A stretch of 61,021 nucleotides of DNA, taken from assembly GCA_030167865.1 (NCBI GenBank), contig JALAGF010000951.1:1-61021 (forward strand), given 5' to 3'. Positions 21,800-33,081 of this stretch are shown in pieces. A program made the position numbers and the translations under genes. Source of the stretch: Craspedostauros australis. Lineage: Eukaryota. Numbering within the stretch: position 1 is the stretch's first letter; each line of letters starts with the position of its first letter. The notes under the pieces are model-generated. The model worked only from the letters and a program-made list of their open reading frames with translations. It was not told the DNA's origin and did not search any database.

Positions 21800-24700
21800 T
21801 TACGAAGAAGTGCATGCACCTGAGTTGACGGTGGGGCAGTCGGTGATCGGGTTGGAGATGGTGTAGGTCTGACCAGGGTCGCCGACGCACATGTCGGTGG
21901 CGACACAGTCCTTGCAACTGTCGCTGGTCATGCAGACGCCGTCCGCGATGACGAGGTCATCAACCGCAGTGTTGGCACTTGCGGCGCCGTTGCAGCTGTC
22001 GACGGACATACAGGCGCCCACTCCAATGTTGAGGCTTCCTGCGGTCTTTCCTGGTCCGCTGTGGACGGCCTCGCACGAGCGCTGTCCCTGGCATCCCTCC
22101 TCCTGCACGATGATATCGGCAAGAACTGGTGTGACGACCATCATTGGCTGCTCCACACGCTCACCCATGCCCTTGCAGCTGTCCACACCGTTGCATGCGG
22201 CGCGTTCAATGCGGATGTTTCCGTAGATGTTCCTTCCCAGGTCTTCACAGCCGTTGGAGTTGGTGCAGGCTGCTGGTCCGATGATGGTGTGACCAGTGAT
22301 GGCATCGGGGTTGGGTGGCGCAGAGTAGCTGCCAAGGCCAGTGCAGGAATTCATACCGAGACAGCTGCCGAGGATGATGGCGTCGGCGCCAAGATTCGTG
22401 CAGGACATCGTTCCGGAGCACGAGTCTGGAGTGATGGTGATGACACCTGCGCCTCCTGATATGCTACAAGCACCGGATTGGCAGCACGAAGACCCACACG
22501 GTGTGACGAGCTGGGTTACAGTTCCAGTCAAGATAATGCCACTGCCCTCAAGGGCGCCAAGGATGGCGGTGATGGCACTTGGGTCGTTCTTGATGGTGTC
22601 GAAGCGTCTTTGGGCGACTTCGTAGGTGATCGATCCGCCATCTTCGCATCCGAAGATACTCTTGACGAGTCTGTCCTTGTTATCAGGGAGCGATTCGATG
22701 GCGTTCACGAAATTGCTGCACACGCCCATGTCGTCGTCGCAGAGCACCACCGGTGCATCCGTGAACCCGCCATCCACATCACCAGGAGTTGTAAGGCAGA
22801 TCGACTGCAGCGTAGTCTTGTTGATGGTTGGAGCATCGGTTGGATTGATGGTGGGTCCGTCGGATGGAAGGACACTTGGGATGTTGGACGGACCCTGGGA
22901 TGGGAGCACGGATGGCAGGTCGGATGGACTTGTGGTCGGTGTGCGGGTTGGGCCCAGGGACGGGAGCTCGGACGGAAGGACGGACGGGACGTCGCTCATG
23001 AGCGGAGTTGGGGCGAAGGTGGGGCACTCTGTTGGGCGATCGGCTCTGCTGACGCAGAAGCTTGAGACAGCAGCACCGGTGGGGTTGCCCATGGTGTCCT
23101 TGGGGCACGCAAGGGCTGCGTTGCTGATGACGTACACCTGGTTGAGCGGGCTGGGGCAGTTGTCAATGACGCATCCCTTGCAGGTTTCGGTTCCGGAACA
23201 TGCATCAGCCTCGACGACCACGTCTGTGGTCATGAGGTCACTGTTGGCCAAGTTTTCGCAGGCGTTGTTGCCAACGCAGGCTCCGTCCTCGATGCTGAGA
23301 CTTCCGCCGATCTTGGCACCTCCTGAGCTGGAGGAGTGGGCTCTGTTGCACGACTTGGCGTTGTTGCAGGCGTTTCGGCCGATGTTGATATTGGCTACGA
23401 CGCGTCCCGCCGTCGTCTGCAGTAGACGCGTTCCAACACCGTCACATGCGTTCGTTCCAACACAAGCTCCGTTCTGTACAATCACATCGCCGTAGGAATT
23501 AAACCCAAGCAACGTGCAAGACTGAACGGTGGTGCAGGCCACTTCACCAACGAAGGTGACTCCAGATGCCACCACCGTGCTGTCATTTGCGTTCATACTG
23601 GTACATGCAATTAGTCCGGTGCAGGAAGATTGAAGGATGATAGCATTCGGGCCCATGCCCCCGCACGAGGAAAGTCCAACGCATGAGTTAAGCGCGACCG
23701 TCATATAGGTGCCGTCGGAAGTAGAGGTACAGTCACTATTGGTGGCGCAGCAAGTTGCGCCCGGAATACTGTCGCATGTCGCCATTATCGAGTTCCCCCC
23801 CACTGCGGTGACGAATTGGGTTCCGGCGGAGAAGGCCATCTCGAGCTGCTGGGAGAGGTCTGGATTGGAAGCGAATCTGTTGAACAGAGTGCGGGATGCT
23901 CCCTCGCTGGTACCGTCTCCAGCGCACGCGAAGAATGTCTGAAGATCCGGGAGGCCGCGGACGGCAAGGATGGCCTGGCGACACGAGGCCTTGTCCCTGT
24001 TGCAAATCAACGTCTTGATGTCTCCCACAGTCGCGCCTCCGCTGTCATCAGGATTGCAGATGGTGATGATGGTGGCGTCGAACGCGGTTGGTGCGGAGGT
24101 CGGTGCGGAGGTCGGTGCGGAAGTTGGGGCAGATGTCGGTGCCGAGGTCGGTGCGGAAGTTGGTCCCGATGTTGGTGCCGAAGTGGGTGCGGATGTTGGT
24201 CCCGATGTCGGTGCCGAAGTGGGTGCGGATGTTGGTCCCGACGTGGGAGCCGAGGTTGGTGCGGATGTTGGTGCCGAAGTTGGGGCAGATGTCGGTGTCG
24301 AAGTTGGGGCAGATGTTGGTGCTGCGGTTGGTGCGGTTGGTGCCGAGGTTGGGGCGGATGTTGGTGCCGAAGTTGGAGCTGAGGTTGGGGCCGCTGTTGG
24401 CATGCCAGGTGTGGCGGTTGGAGCAGAAGTCGGTGCCGACGTAGGAGCGCTGGTTGGGGCAGACGTCGGTGCCGATGTTGGAGCCGAAGTTGGGGCGCTG
24501 GTCGGTGCTGAAGTTGGTGCGGATGTTGGTGCTGATGTTGGGGCGCTAGTCGGTGCCGAAGTTGGAGCCGAAGTCGGTGCTGATGTTGGTGCCAAGGTTG
24601 GTGCTGATGTTGGGGCACTGGTTGGGGCCGAAGTCGGTGCTGAAGTCGGGACACTGGTTGGAGTCGGTGTTGGTGCCGCTGTTGGCATGCCAGGTGTGGC

Positions 24701-25006
24701 AGTTGGGGCACTGGTTGGAACTGACGTCGGTGCCGAAGTTGGAGCCGAGGTCGGTGCCGCCGTTGGCATGCCAGGGGTGGCCGTCGGGCTGCTGGTTGGC
24801 GCCTCCGTGTCCTTGTTATTTTTGTTGCCCTCCTTGTCTTGCTTGTCGCCGTCGCCATCGCCAGCCTTGAGGGTACGGGTGGCTTGCATCATGACGTGAA
24901 GCTCTTCGGTCTGACCCACGGCTCTGCTGCCACGCAGCACGGCCTCCGTTGAGCCCACATGGGCGAGGAGGAGCGCGCTGAGGATGGCCGCCTTGATCTT
25001 GAACAT
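21800..25006 (-). CDS. Secreted mucin-like glycoprotein (about 1068 aa): signal peptide, (TSAP)n tract, Cys-rich domain, second Pro/Ser/Thr tract, second Cys-rich domain
   Basis: Signal MFKIKAAILSALLLAHVG followed by LRG and RTL motifs. Dozens of PTSA units and two homologous domains built from C-x-G-x-x-(S/A)-C repeats. Confidence 0.92.
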   Translation of the reverse strand: MFKIKAAILSALLLAHVGSTEAVLRGSRAVGQTEELHVMMQATRTLKAGDGDGDKQDKEGNKNNKDTEAPTSSPTATPGMPTAAPTSAPTSAPTSVPTSAPTATPGMPTAAPTPTPTSVPTSAPTSAPTSAPTSAPTLAPTSAPTSAPTSAPTSAPTSAPTSAPTSAPTSAPTSAPTSAPTSAPTSAPTSAPTSAPTATPGMPTAAPTSAPTSAPTSAPTSAPTAPTAAPTSAPTSTPTSAPTSAPTSAPTSAPTSGPTSAPTSAPTSGPTSAPTSAPTSGPTSAPTSAPTSAPTSAPTSAPTSAPTAFDATIITICNPDDSGGATVGDIKTLICNRDKASCRQAILAVRGLPDLQTFFACAGDGTSEGASRTLFNRFASNPDLSQQLEMAFSAGTQFVTAVGGNSIMATCDSIPGATCCATNSDCTSTSDGTYMTVALNSCVGLSSCGGMGPNAIILQSSCTGLIACTSMNANDSTVVASGVTFVGEVACTTVQSCTLLGFNSYGDVIVQNGACVGTNACDGVGTRLLQTTAGRVVANINIGRNACNNAKSCNRAHSSSSGGAKIGGSLSIEDGACVGNNACENLANSDLMTTDVVVEADACSGTETCKGCVIDNCPSPLNQVYVISNAALACPKDTMGNPTGAAVSSFCVSRADRPTECPTFAPTPLMSDVPSVLPSELPSLGPTRTPTTSPSDLPSVLPSQGPSNIPSVLPSDGPTINPTDAPTINKTTLQSICLTTPGDVDGGFTDAPVVLCDDDMGVCSNFVNAIESLPDNKDRLVKSIFGCEDGGSITYEVAQRRFDTIKNDPSAITAILGALEGSGIILTGTVTQLVTPCGSSCCQSGACSISGGAGVITITPDSCSGTMSCTNLGADAIILGSCLGMNSCTGLGSYSAPPNPDAITGHTIIGPAACTNSNGCEDLGRNIYGNIRIERAACNGVDSCKGMGERVEQPMMVVTPVLADIIVQEEGCQGQRSCEAVHSGPGKTAGSLNIGVGACMSVDSCNGAASANTAVDDLVIADGVCMTSDSCKDCVATDMCVGDPGQTYTISNPITDCPTVNSGACTSS
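24085..24800 (-). repeat. Coding 12-bp tandem repeat encoding (Thr-Ser-Ala-Pro)n
   Basis: ggtgccgaagtt/ggtgcggatgtt-type 12-mers with synonymous variation, interrupted by three ATPGMPTAAP units. Confidence 0.95.
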
Positions 25007-26473
25007 CTTGGCTGTTGTTTGGTGCCTGTATGAGGTAGGTAGCGAGGATTGGTGCATGTGGTGGAAGGGGAAGAGCAAGATTTGTGTCAGGAGTGGGTGG
25101 TGGGTCAGTTGTTGTGTGTTGTTTTCCGAACTTGGGGTTTTCATCATTTTCGGGATCCATCTCGGTCGTGGATGTGGTCACGAGTCATCGAGTCCCGATG
25201 GACACAGATCGCTGACGCACACCAACATCACTCAATTTGCGAACACAATGTGGTAACCACGAGGAGGGACGAGTTCCCATGCTTTCGTTGGACACTGGTC
25301 TGCAGAGCAGCGGGCATCGACTGCTTCCTTCGCAACGAGGTGCTGTTGCGGTGGTCGTGGCAATGAGCGCACCAGTAGACGAGGAGGGAGGCGTCGCGCA
25401 CAAGACGGAAAGGCGTCCTTGTTGGCCAGTGGTCGTATTGCACCATAATCCCCATGGCCATTCATCACGCTGCGTCGTCCAGTGTGTATCACCGTGTCAT
25501 GATGCAACGGCACCGTGCGCAGTGCTCTGTTTGAGTCTGCTTGCGTTGCACTCACCTCTCAGTTGCTGCTGTTGATCGGTTGGCTGCTTTTGATCACTGT
25601 TTGTGATGCTCGGTTGGTTGGTTTGCTTGTGATCCTGCCGGTTTTGTTAGTGCACCGGATTCTGTTGGGAAGCTCGTTTCTCTGTGCCGCAGAAGCGATT
25701 TCGGCTGAGACGAGCCGTTCTCATCGCACGCGATGTTGTTCCTTTTGGTTGATCTTGCTGGTGCTCAACCGAGGACGAGTCGCGCCAAAAATGGGAAGAC
25801 AAGCGCCAAACATCAAACCGAAATTTGTCGTCGTCAGCCAGCCGGTGCAAAAAACGCAACGGCAGAGCCGGCCATCCACAAAAACTCGAGCCAATCAATC
25901 TCACTCGGGTGAGTCGACATGTCCGCAAGGGAACATCAGAGAATCAAGTCGAAGTTCTCTCTCTCTCTCTCTTCGATCCAGATTGCTCTCCAACTGATTG
26001 CATACTATTCTACTATTACTCATACAAACAACATGCCATCTTACAGTGGAGGTGGTTGTAAGGGTCATAATTTCATAATCTGGGCCTCTCGACCAATCAT
26101 ATCGCTCCATTTAGGGCACAAGATACCTTTCGGCTCCGCGTTGAATTGGGGGTCAACGTCGACATAACGTCAATCGAAATAATTATGAACTCATTGTCCG
26201 CGAATATGAACGCTCGTCGGAGACCGTTCATAATTTCATAATCTCTCTGACGAGTCGTGGTAGTCCAAAATTCGTTCTCAACGGCTGCATCGGAGCAAAA
26301 CTTTGTGCTCGCGCCAAATTGATCCGATGTGCTCTACTGCATATTGATTATTCGTTCCCACCCGTTGCATCGCAACTGTCTGTTGCAATTTAACTCATTC
26401 TTTAGATGCACCTAGTGTACCTCTGTATTTATCATCTGATGAACTCCAGCGGATCATATCTTCCCCCACCATC

Positions 26474-27350
26474 ATGACTTCCACCCTCCAGTATCATCGC
26501 TGGCACCAGGCTGCCTTGATTTCTGTCATCTTTGTCATTCTCAAGCATCTTGCTGCACAGCAGTGCCTCCTCATGTGTGCTGTGGCACACTACATCCTCG
26601 ACACCATGCCAACAAGTGTGCGGAGGGGTCGGTACCTCAGCTCAAGCATCTTCCATCATCAAGCAATATCTTTCAGGTCTTTGATTTGAGAGTATGGTGA
26701 CTCCATGGAGTTCTATGACTTCATTGGGCTTACCAGGCCATCGTTCGATCGATTGGCATAACTGCTATAGCCTGGCATTGAAGCGTTGCCCATCGATCCA
26801 TGAGACACGGCGCCACCACGACCATCATATATCCGCTGTTGTAAGTTTGACTACATCGATGTCACTGCCATTGCAATGAAGTATCTGGCTTCCAAGTCAG
26901 AATTGAAGAACCGTTTCTGGTAGGATCTGCCTTTGTTGGAAGGTTGGAAGAGATCTTGGAGGACGTAGGGAGCAATGGACATGGCATAGGCTGAAGTTGA
27001 GGCAATGGAAGAGCACTCTTGCGAAACAGGGACTATGGATGACAATTGTAACCTGACATATGAAGTGATGGCTCTTGAGAAGAAAGCAAAGGGCGATGTG
27101 GAATGCATCAACGATACCCAGAAGCAATGAAGGTGCGAGTGGGAAGCTACGATGGCCATTTGTATCATCAAAGCAATAACAATGAGACGATTGGCAAGCA
27201 AACAATTGCGCTGAATGCTGCAATGGTTGGGATATGGACGTGGAGCGTTCAATGAATGAAGGAGTGGACACCAGCAGCACAGCCAATGGAGAAAGGAAGA
27301 CAGAGGGAAGCAGGAAAGCGACGACACTTGGAGAGTAGTATGGAGATGAA
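26474..27350 (+). pseudogene. Degenerate Harbinger-like transposase N-terminal region
   Basis: One frame from ATG 26474 reads through several stops: ...GDSMEFYDFIGLTRPSFDRLA*LL*...FDYIDVTAIAMKYLASKSELKN. This resembles the F...TR.SF..L / L.YLA N-terminal helical segment of HARBI1-like transposases. No DDE core is recognisable. Confidence 0.6.
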
Positions 27351-27873
27351 CTGCGGATGGCACGGAGCGACACATATGTACACACAAACACATTCATCTG
27401 GTATATGGAAGTTGAAAACTGCACTTAGGCAAGACACATGTATTTGTGGGTTGTGTGAAGCAGCAAGAGATGTGCGACACTGAAGCTGTGAATGTGTCAA
27501 AATACGACCCCATTCAGCGAGGTCGAGCATAATCCTGTCAATGTTGAATTGGACAACATGACCTTGTTAGGCATCTATGTGGCATGTTGTCCATTAGGGT
27601 TAGATATATTTAGATAGCTCTTACAACACTAATACATGGCTTGTCCTCACTGTGGATGAGAATAATGCCGTCATTGTTGGTCGATATCAGACTGCGATGG
27701 TATCCAACAGAGTGGGTAGTGATGTTTTGACAGCTTCAGTGTTGCGTTGATTCCTCATGTTGTGGACGATTGGGCTCTGTTGTGCGTTTCCTCCCTTGTG
27801 CGTGTTGTGTCAAGTAGCACAGGGTTGTTTTTGGCATCCCTACACGTTCACGTCTACATTCACGGCAACAGCA

Positions 27874-28767
27874 GCAGCAGCTTCGCCAGATCGACTGGCG
27901 TACATACAAGACGGCGCGACAATCCAAGATGANNNNNNNNNNNNNNNNNNNNNNNNNNNNNNNNNNNNNNNNNNNNNNNNNNNTCAACCACAAACTTCAT
28001 CAGACAGGCCAGCTGCAGTCGCCGAAATGCAAGTTCTGTGCCAGCGACGAGACCACTCAACACGTTCTCCGTTGCCCGGAGCATCAGGAAGCATGGGATG
28101 GGGCCACTTCTGGCCTCATCGATCGCATGGTTCAGATCGGGACCGCCCCAAGGTTGGTCCAGCGCATGCGGGTTGGTCTTGTGAGATGGAGAAGGAATGC
28201 ACGATCCAACGACGCGCAAAGCAACATCGGGTGGTACCCCCTCATAATGGGGTTTATCCACGAGGACTGGGCTCTCCATCAGGCCCACTGGATGATGACA
28301 AATGAGTGTTGCTACCCAGACGCCAATGCTTGGGCCCAAGAGATTGTACGATGGATTTGGAGAATCCCGTGGGAGGTATGGCTGGCGTGGAATGCCAAAG
28401 TGCATGACGAAGAGATGCACCCCTCGGTCCAGGACCTGCGACGCAAGGTCCGCTGAATGATCCAGGGTGCGAGTTAGGATATGACCAAAGCGGAGATGCG
28501 TTTGTTCCGGGAGGGCCGACATATCGAACACGGCACCGAGGTTCAAATGCAACAGTGGGTGAACTCGATGATCGCCGTTCACGCGGCGGTGAGAGCGCGG
28601 CGACGATCGCGGTCGATGCACGCCAAGAGGCGGGCGTTGGCGGCTTGGTTGGGGCTATCATAGCAGACGACACACGACAGCTCGCTCAAAGCACAGCCCT
28701 ACGGGGCTTGCGGCGGCGAGGGGAAAGCCATATGGCACATTTCTAATGTAATCCTTGAGTTGTTATT
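27874..28767 (+). mobile_element. 5'-truncated non-LTR retrotransposon (LINE) 3' fragment with a 16-bp TSD; contains an assembly gap at 27933-27983
   Basis: TSD attcacggcaacagca at 27858-27873 and 28768-28783. Encodes a CKFC...ETTQHVLRC zinc knuckle, QSNIGW..LIMG.I...W and W...W..W(N)AKVH, the post-RT C-terminal domain of LINE ORF2. Short (TTA)n-like tail and two in-frame stops. Confidence 0.88.
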
Positions 28768-29456
28768 ATTCACGGCAACAGCAACACTGCAAATACTTCG
28801 CAGCATAATATTATTTAATACAATGGAGCACAGTGACTCATCCTATGGTATAATAATATACTATACTCCCCACAACATAATAGGATGAACTTGACGCTTA
28901 TCTTAGCAATCCGCAAGTGATGACAAGATAACCCTGAATGGGGTCACACAAGGAAAGTGGTCGTGGAGAGAAATGCTAATGCATGGAAGGAATCAATGGA
29001 TTGACGGGCACTGATTTAGTCTTGGGGGCAGATTTGGATACGGGACTGATGGTCGTGACTTGAAATCGGGGTGAACGAGGCTGACGGGTTATGAAATTAT
29101 GACCCTTACAACCACCTCCAGTGCGAGAGCAGAAATCGAGTTTGATTTGCGGCGTAGCAGTCTCCGCATTGTGGCCGATGCCGCTTGCTACATCCCATGT
29201 GTCGTCATGCTGCAGCCTGCTGTGTTGCTGTGTGTGTTATGGTGCACCTTGCACTGATCAACATATGATTCCCTTTTGCGGTTCTATTGCGCTGTCCTTC
29301 ACAGATCACAGCCAGGATTGCTCCCATCGTCACAACAATTGTCATCGCGACATCGTCCAACACTGGCACACGGCGCGGCCTGGTGACATGCTCGTGCACC
29401 TACACTGCAATGGGTGCATTTCTCCTCTCCCAAATGAGCGCCCGGATCAATCGCGT

Positions 29457-30956
29457 TCATCGCGTCAGCTTCATTCCGCGCGAACGAGTCCTGCGTCCCG
29501 AGTTCATGGTCGAGTTGGTTTGTTGTGTCACCGCCTTGTGCAATGGCTCCAAACCATCGCAGACCAGGTCGTAGGCCTCTTGGAAGACGGGGTCGCACTT
29601 GACTCGTCGGTTGCCACTTTTGCTGTTTGCGTTGGCACGTCGACGGCCGCGGGGTTTGTTGCCTGCTTCCCTAGCACGGACGCGTTTGTAGACGTATCCC
29701 AGATGTCCCTCCTTTGAGCCATGCATGGAGGTTGGCATGCGGGACACCAGCTCGACGTCGAAGTCGTAGGTTTCGATGAGATCGCGTGGATTCAAGTAGC
29801 AGATGAGGTACTTGGCGGAGCTCGTGTTCCACATGTTCGAAAGGTGATCCCATAGGTCCGGTGGGAAGCCTATTTGCATTGTTGTTTGTTTTGTTGTCAT
29901 GGATGATGCGTCGAGTGAGTGAGTGTGACATTACCATGCCACATGCAGATCACACACAGAATCAACCCACAAAAGCTGCGCACACGTCGACTTACCAATG
30001 CTGAACATGTACACGTGTGTGAAGGGATCGAAGGAATTGGCCTCCATGATGTTGCGATGCAGGAATGCGGTGTTACCCTTGACGATCTCTTCGTCGGTTA
30101 ATCGATCGAAATCCGGCTCGTCACGCTGATCCATGGCGCGGTTCAGGATAGCCTTGAGGCAGACCATGCCCAGATTCCAGCGCACGTGTTCCAGTTCCAC
30201 ACCACAGCTGAATTCGACTCCAGGATACTGCGCGACGTGCAGGTTGGGCTTGCCAATGCCGCTGCCGACGTCGAGGAAACGGCTGGAGGAGTCGAGCTCG
30301 GCGTACTCCATCATGTGATCGATCATCTTTTGCATGGATGCCATGGTGAGCTCACCGTAGATGGGCCCAGAGTATCCGTTGCCACCGATGGCACCCGTCA
30401 GCTTCTTGACGATGGAGTAGACGCTCTTGACATTTGGTTGACAGTAGGTCGACTTGACCATGCGTCCGAACAGCAGACGGCGCTTCGGTGCGGGCTGCGT
30501 GGCGTCTGCGCTGGCATCATCGTCGTCCGAATCGAGCCGCAGCTTGCGCTTTCTTCTGCGGTCTGGTGTGATGACGGAGGAACCTGGAGTCTGGGCTTTG
30601 GTCTTGACTCCCTTTGGTGTTGGCGGGGCTTCCTTGGATGCAGCTGCCTCGTCCTCCTTCGCCGAGCTTGCGACGGCCTTTCGAACGGGGACGAACAGTG
30701 ATCTGCGTGCTCTTGTCACCGTTGCATCATGGCTGCCTGTGTCGTCGTCACTGTCGCTCGAGTTGGGGCTCGATATGGAACTAGATGGCGTGATGATGAA
30801 GCCTCCGTTGCCTGCGGTATCGGCCGCTGTTGGCGAGATCTTCGAGACGGCATCTGATGTCATGGCGTTCTTCATCGCATCATCGTTTGTGATGAGTTGC
30901 TTGGTCTCCGAGATGGAGTCCAAGTTGGATGGGCGCTTGGCAATTCGTTGGACCAT
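29457..30956 (-). CDS. DOT1: DOT1-like histone H3K79 methyltransferase; intron 29870-29995 (457 aa)
   Basis: YGELT motif, SAM motif FLDVGSGIGKP, GVEL, and THVYMFSIG|FPP joined across a GTAAGT/TAG intron. Basic NLS-like stretches RRRKRKLR and PKRR. Confidence 0.85.
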
Positions 30957-32804
30957 GGTTACATTTGACAGAGAGTGGAAGGTGACGGAGAGATGGTCAG
31001 CGCAGAGAAGAGTCGGAGACCGGAGTGTTTTGGTGTTGCGGAAAGATGATACAGCCTTGCGAAGTGATTGGGCATGGGTACGGTTCGTGCTCCAGATTCG
31101 TTGATTATGAGGGATGCATGCGGCGGCGAAGGTGGTGAGAGTGATGCTCCACACAGGGCTGCTCGTGTTGTTCTTGGCGGTGTTTTCATTGTTCTTGTTG
31201 TTGTCAAGCGGTGGTGGAGGCGGCGATGGCGATGGCGGTGGTGGATGTGGATGTGGATGTGGATGTGCGAGAGAGCTGAGATGATGTCTGTTTTCCCGTT
31301 GTCCGAGATGTGTTGAAACGATCTTGTCCCAAAAAGCAAATTCAAATTTCAAACCCCGAACTATCCGACGCTAATTGTATTTATTTGGCAATACATTTCA
31401 TTGGTCAATCTTGTCTGAAGAAGGAACGTGACATGAGAAACGAGCCTGCCAACCATCACAACAAACGGCAACACAATCGTGAACAACAAAGAGATGGTGA
31501 ACGTGTTGCACAGAACAAGTTGACCTCAACAACGACATCAACAAAGGTAATACCACCACCAGCACCAGCGGCAACATCAGCATCCAACTGTCGTGGCACG
31601 TTCCACACGGACATGCATCTTTGGTCTCTTTGCACATAACACGCAATGAGGAGGCCAGACTCGTGGCGGCTTGATACTGCCAATGCGAGACGCATGTGAA
31701 ACGGCTAAATCGGCGTCACTATGCGAACACTAGCCTCGCTGCGACCAATCTGGAATGAGAGGGATAATGCACGTGTCCGACCCAATAACCCCCCTCGTAG
31801 AATAGCATCACAAAGTCAGCAGCTCGCATTTGTTGGTCATGCACACCCTCGAATGTCGTTTGAATCGTGATGGATGGACTCTCCGTTCAACGTGTTTGCC
31901 GTTTTTGGCTTCCGTTGTGGCTGATCTCGTACTGTCTGCCGCGAACGACGGTCGTTGTCACTTGTTTTCTCTTCGCTGGAAACGAAACATGCCGAATCAC
32001 CAAAACAGGCGCAGGTCGGCGGAGTGTTGGAGAGAGCGCGGAGCCAGCCAGTGGCCGGCTCACGTTTTTGTCGACGGTGGGAAACTGTCGGAATCGGTTT
32101 TGTGTCGACCATCAATCCATTTTGTGAGCGCACGAAACCACGACTGGAGACGCGGGACTCGAATCCGAACATCAGATCCGAACCACGAACCCGAACATCG
32201 ATTGAGCAAACACAAAACAACAAAAACAACAATCGGCCAATTCGCGCCAAAACGCACTCAACCAAGACCTTCCATTAGCAACCTGTGCGCTGAGAAGGTG
32301 CCTTGTAAATCCAACGCATGGTCCGTTCGTGGGACCATGCCCTAAGTGCTAAGCTTTGTACGGATGGCAACGCAACAAAGAAGTCGTTCGTCTATCTAAG
32401 TTCGTTCATGGAGCGTTATCCCGTCAAGGTCATCTTGCTGAACTCAACAAACTTCGGCCAGCGAAATATTCCCAATCTCGCTCCATCTCGATCAACAGCT
32501 TCATCTCTCTCTGTCTGCCCGCAATCACTCGCACAGCACCTCGATACACCGCACTGAACCTCACCGTGCATCCCGCACCTCAAGCAACTAATCATAAATC
32601 ACTCGTTATCAGATTACAAGAGAAACGGCCATTATTATCATCACACATGATCTGATGCACATGAAAAATTGTGTGTCGAAAGAGCTGCGCGCTCCACGAG
32701 CATGTTTGTGCGTTTCCTCGTTGCGACAAACATTGCGAACACTGCGCATTGTTACACGTGGTCGGCGAAATGAAGCGACACCCGACGTTTTGACTTCTGG
32801 CCAA

Positions 32805-33031
32805 ACGAATCTGCCGAAATCGTATCTTCGCCTGCAGGCTTACAACTGAGTCTAGAGAGTCACGCGACAAGCGACACGTTCCCTGCGACGGGTCATAAAC
32901 GCTACGACGCTTGCTCTGCTGCATCCGTTTGGAGACCTTTCGTATGATAAGACGACATTTGAGTTGCTTCATTGCCATTGGCGGAGATGATCAGTGCTCT
33001 AACGTTTGCGCATGTTGTAAACTTTGGCTGA
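32805..33031 (+). repeat. Dispersed ~225-bp repeat, copy B
   Basis: Direct repeat of 20497-20723. Confidence 0.9.
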
Positions 33032-33081
33032 ATCCCCGTACACTACGTAACATACTTGGGCGTTTCCAATTACGACGATCA

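Larger units (their letters stand above)
26048..29119 (+). mobile_element. Decayed TIR DNA transposon, probably PIF/Harbinger superfamily (3.07 kb including the nested LINE)
   Basis: Perfect 32-bp inverted repeat tggaggtggttgtaagggtcataatttcataa at 26047-26078 and 29089-29120. Flanks fit a duplicated AGT (or CAGTG). A subterminal copy tcataatttcataatct lies at 26228-26244, and there is an internal stop-riddled transposase-like frame. Confidence 0.9.

Noticed and set aside
24984-25147. Upstream in-frame extensions given by the ORF track (for example 25147, 18134, 31352, 40449, 46267, 57581)
   Set aside because: They run through CA-rich leader sequence, often from non-ATG starts. Downstream ATGs give proper signal peptides or domain starts.
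26042-26050. TA-CAGT left end suggesting Tc1/mariner
   Set aside because: The right end reads CCAGTG-CG rather than CCACTG-TA, and the internal relic resembles Harbinger. Kept only as a less likely alternative.
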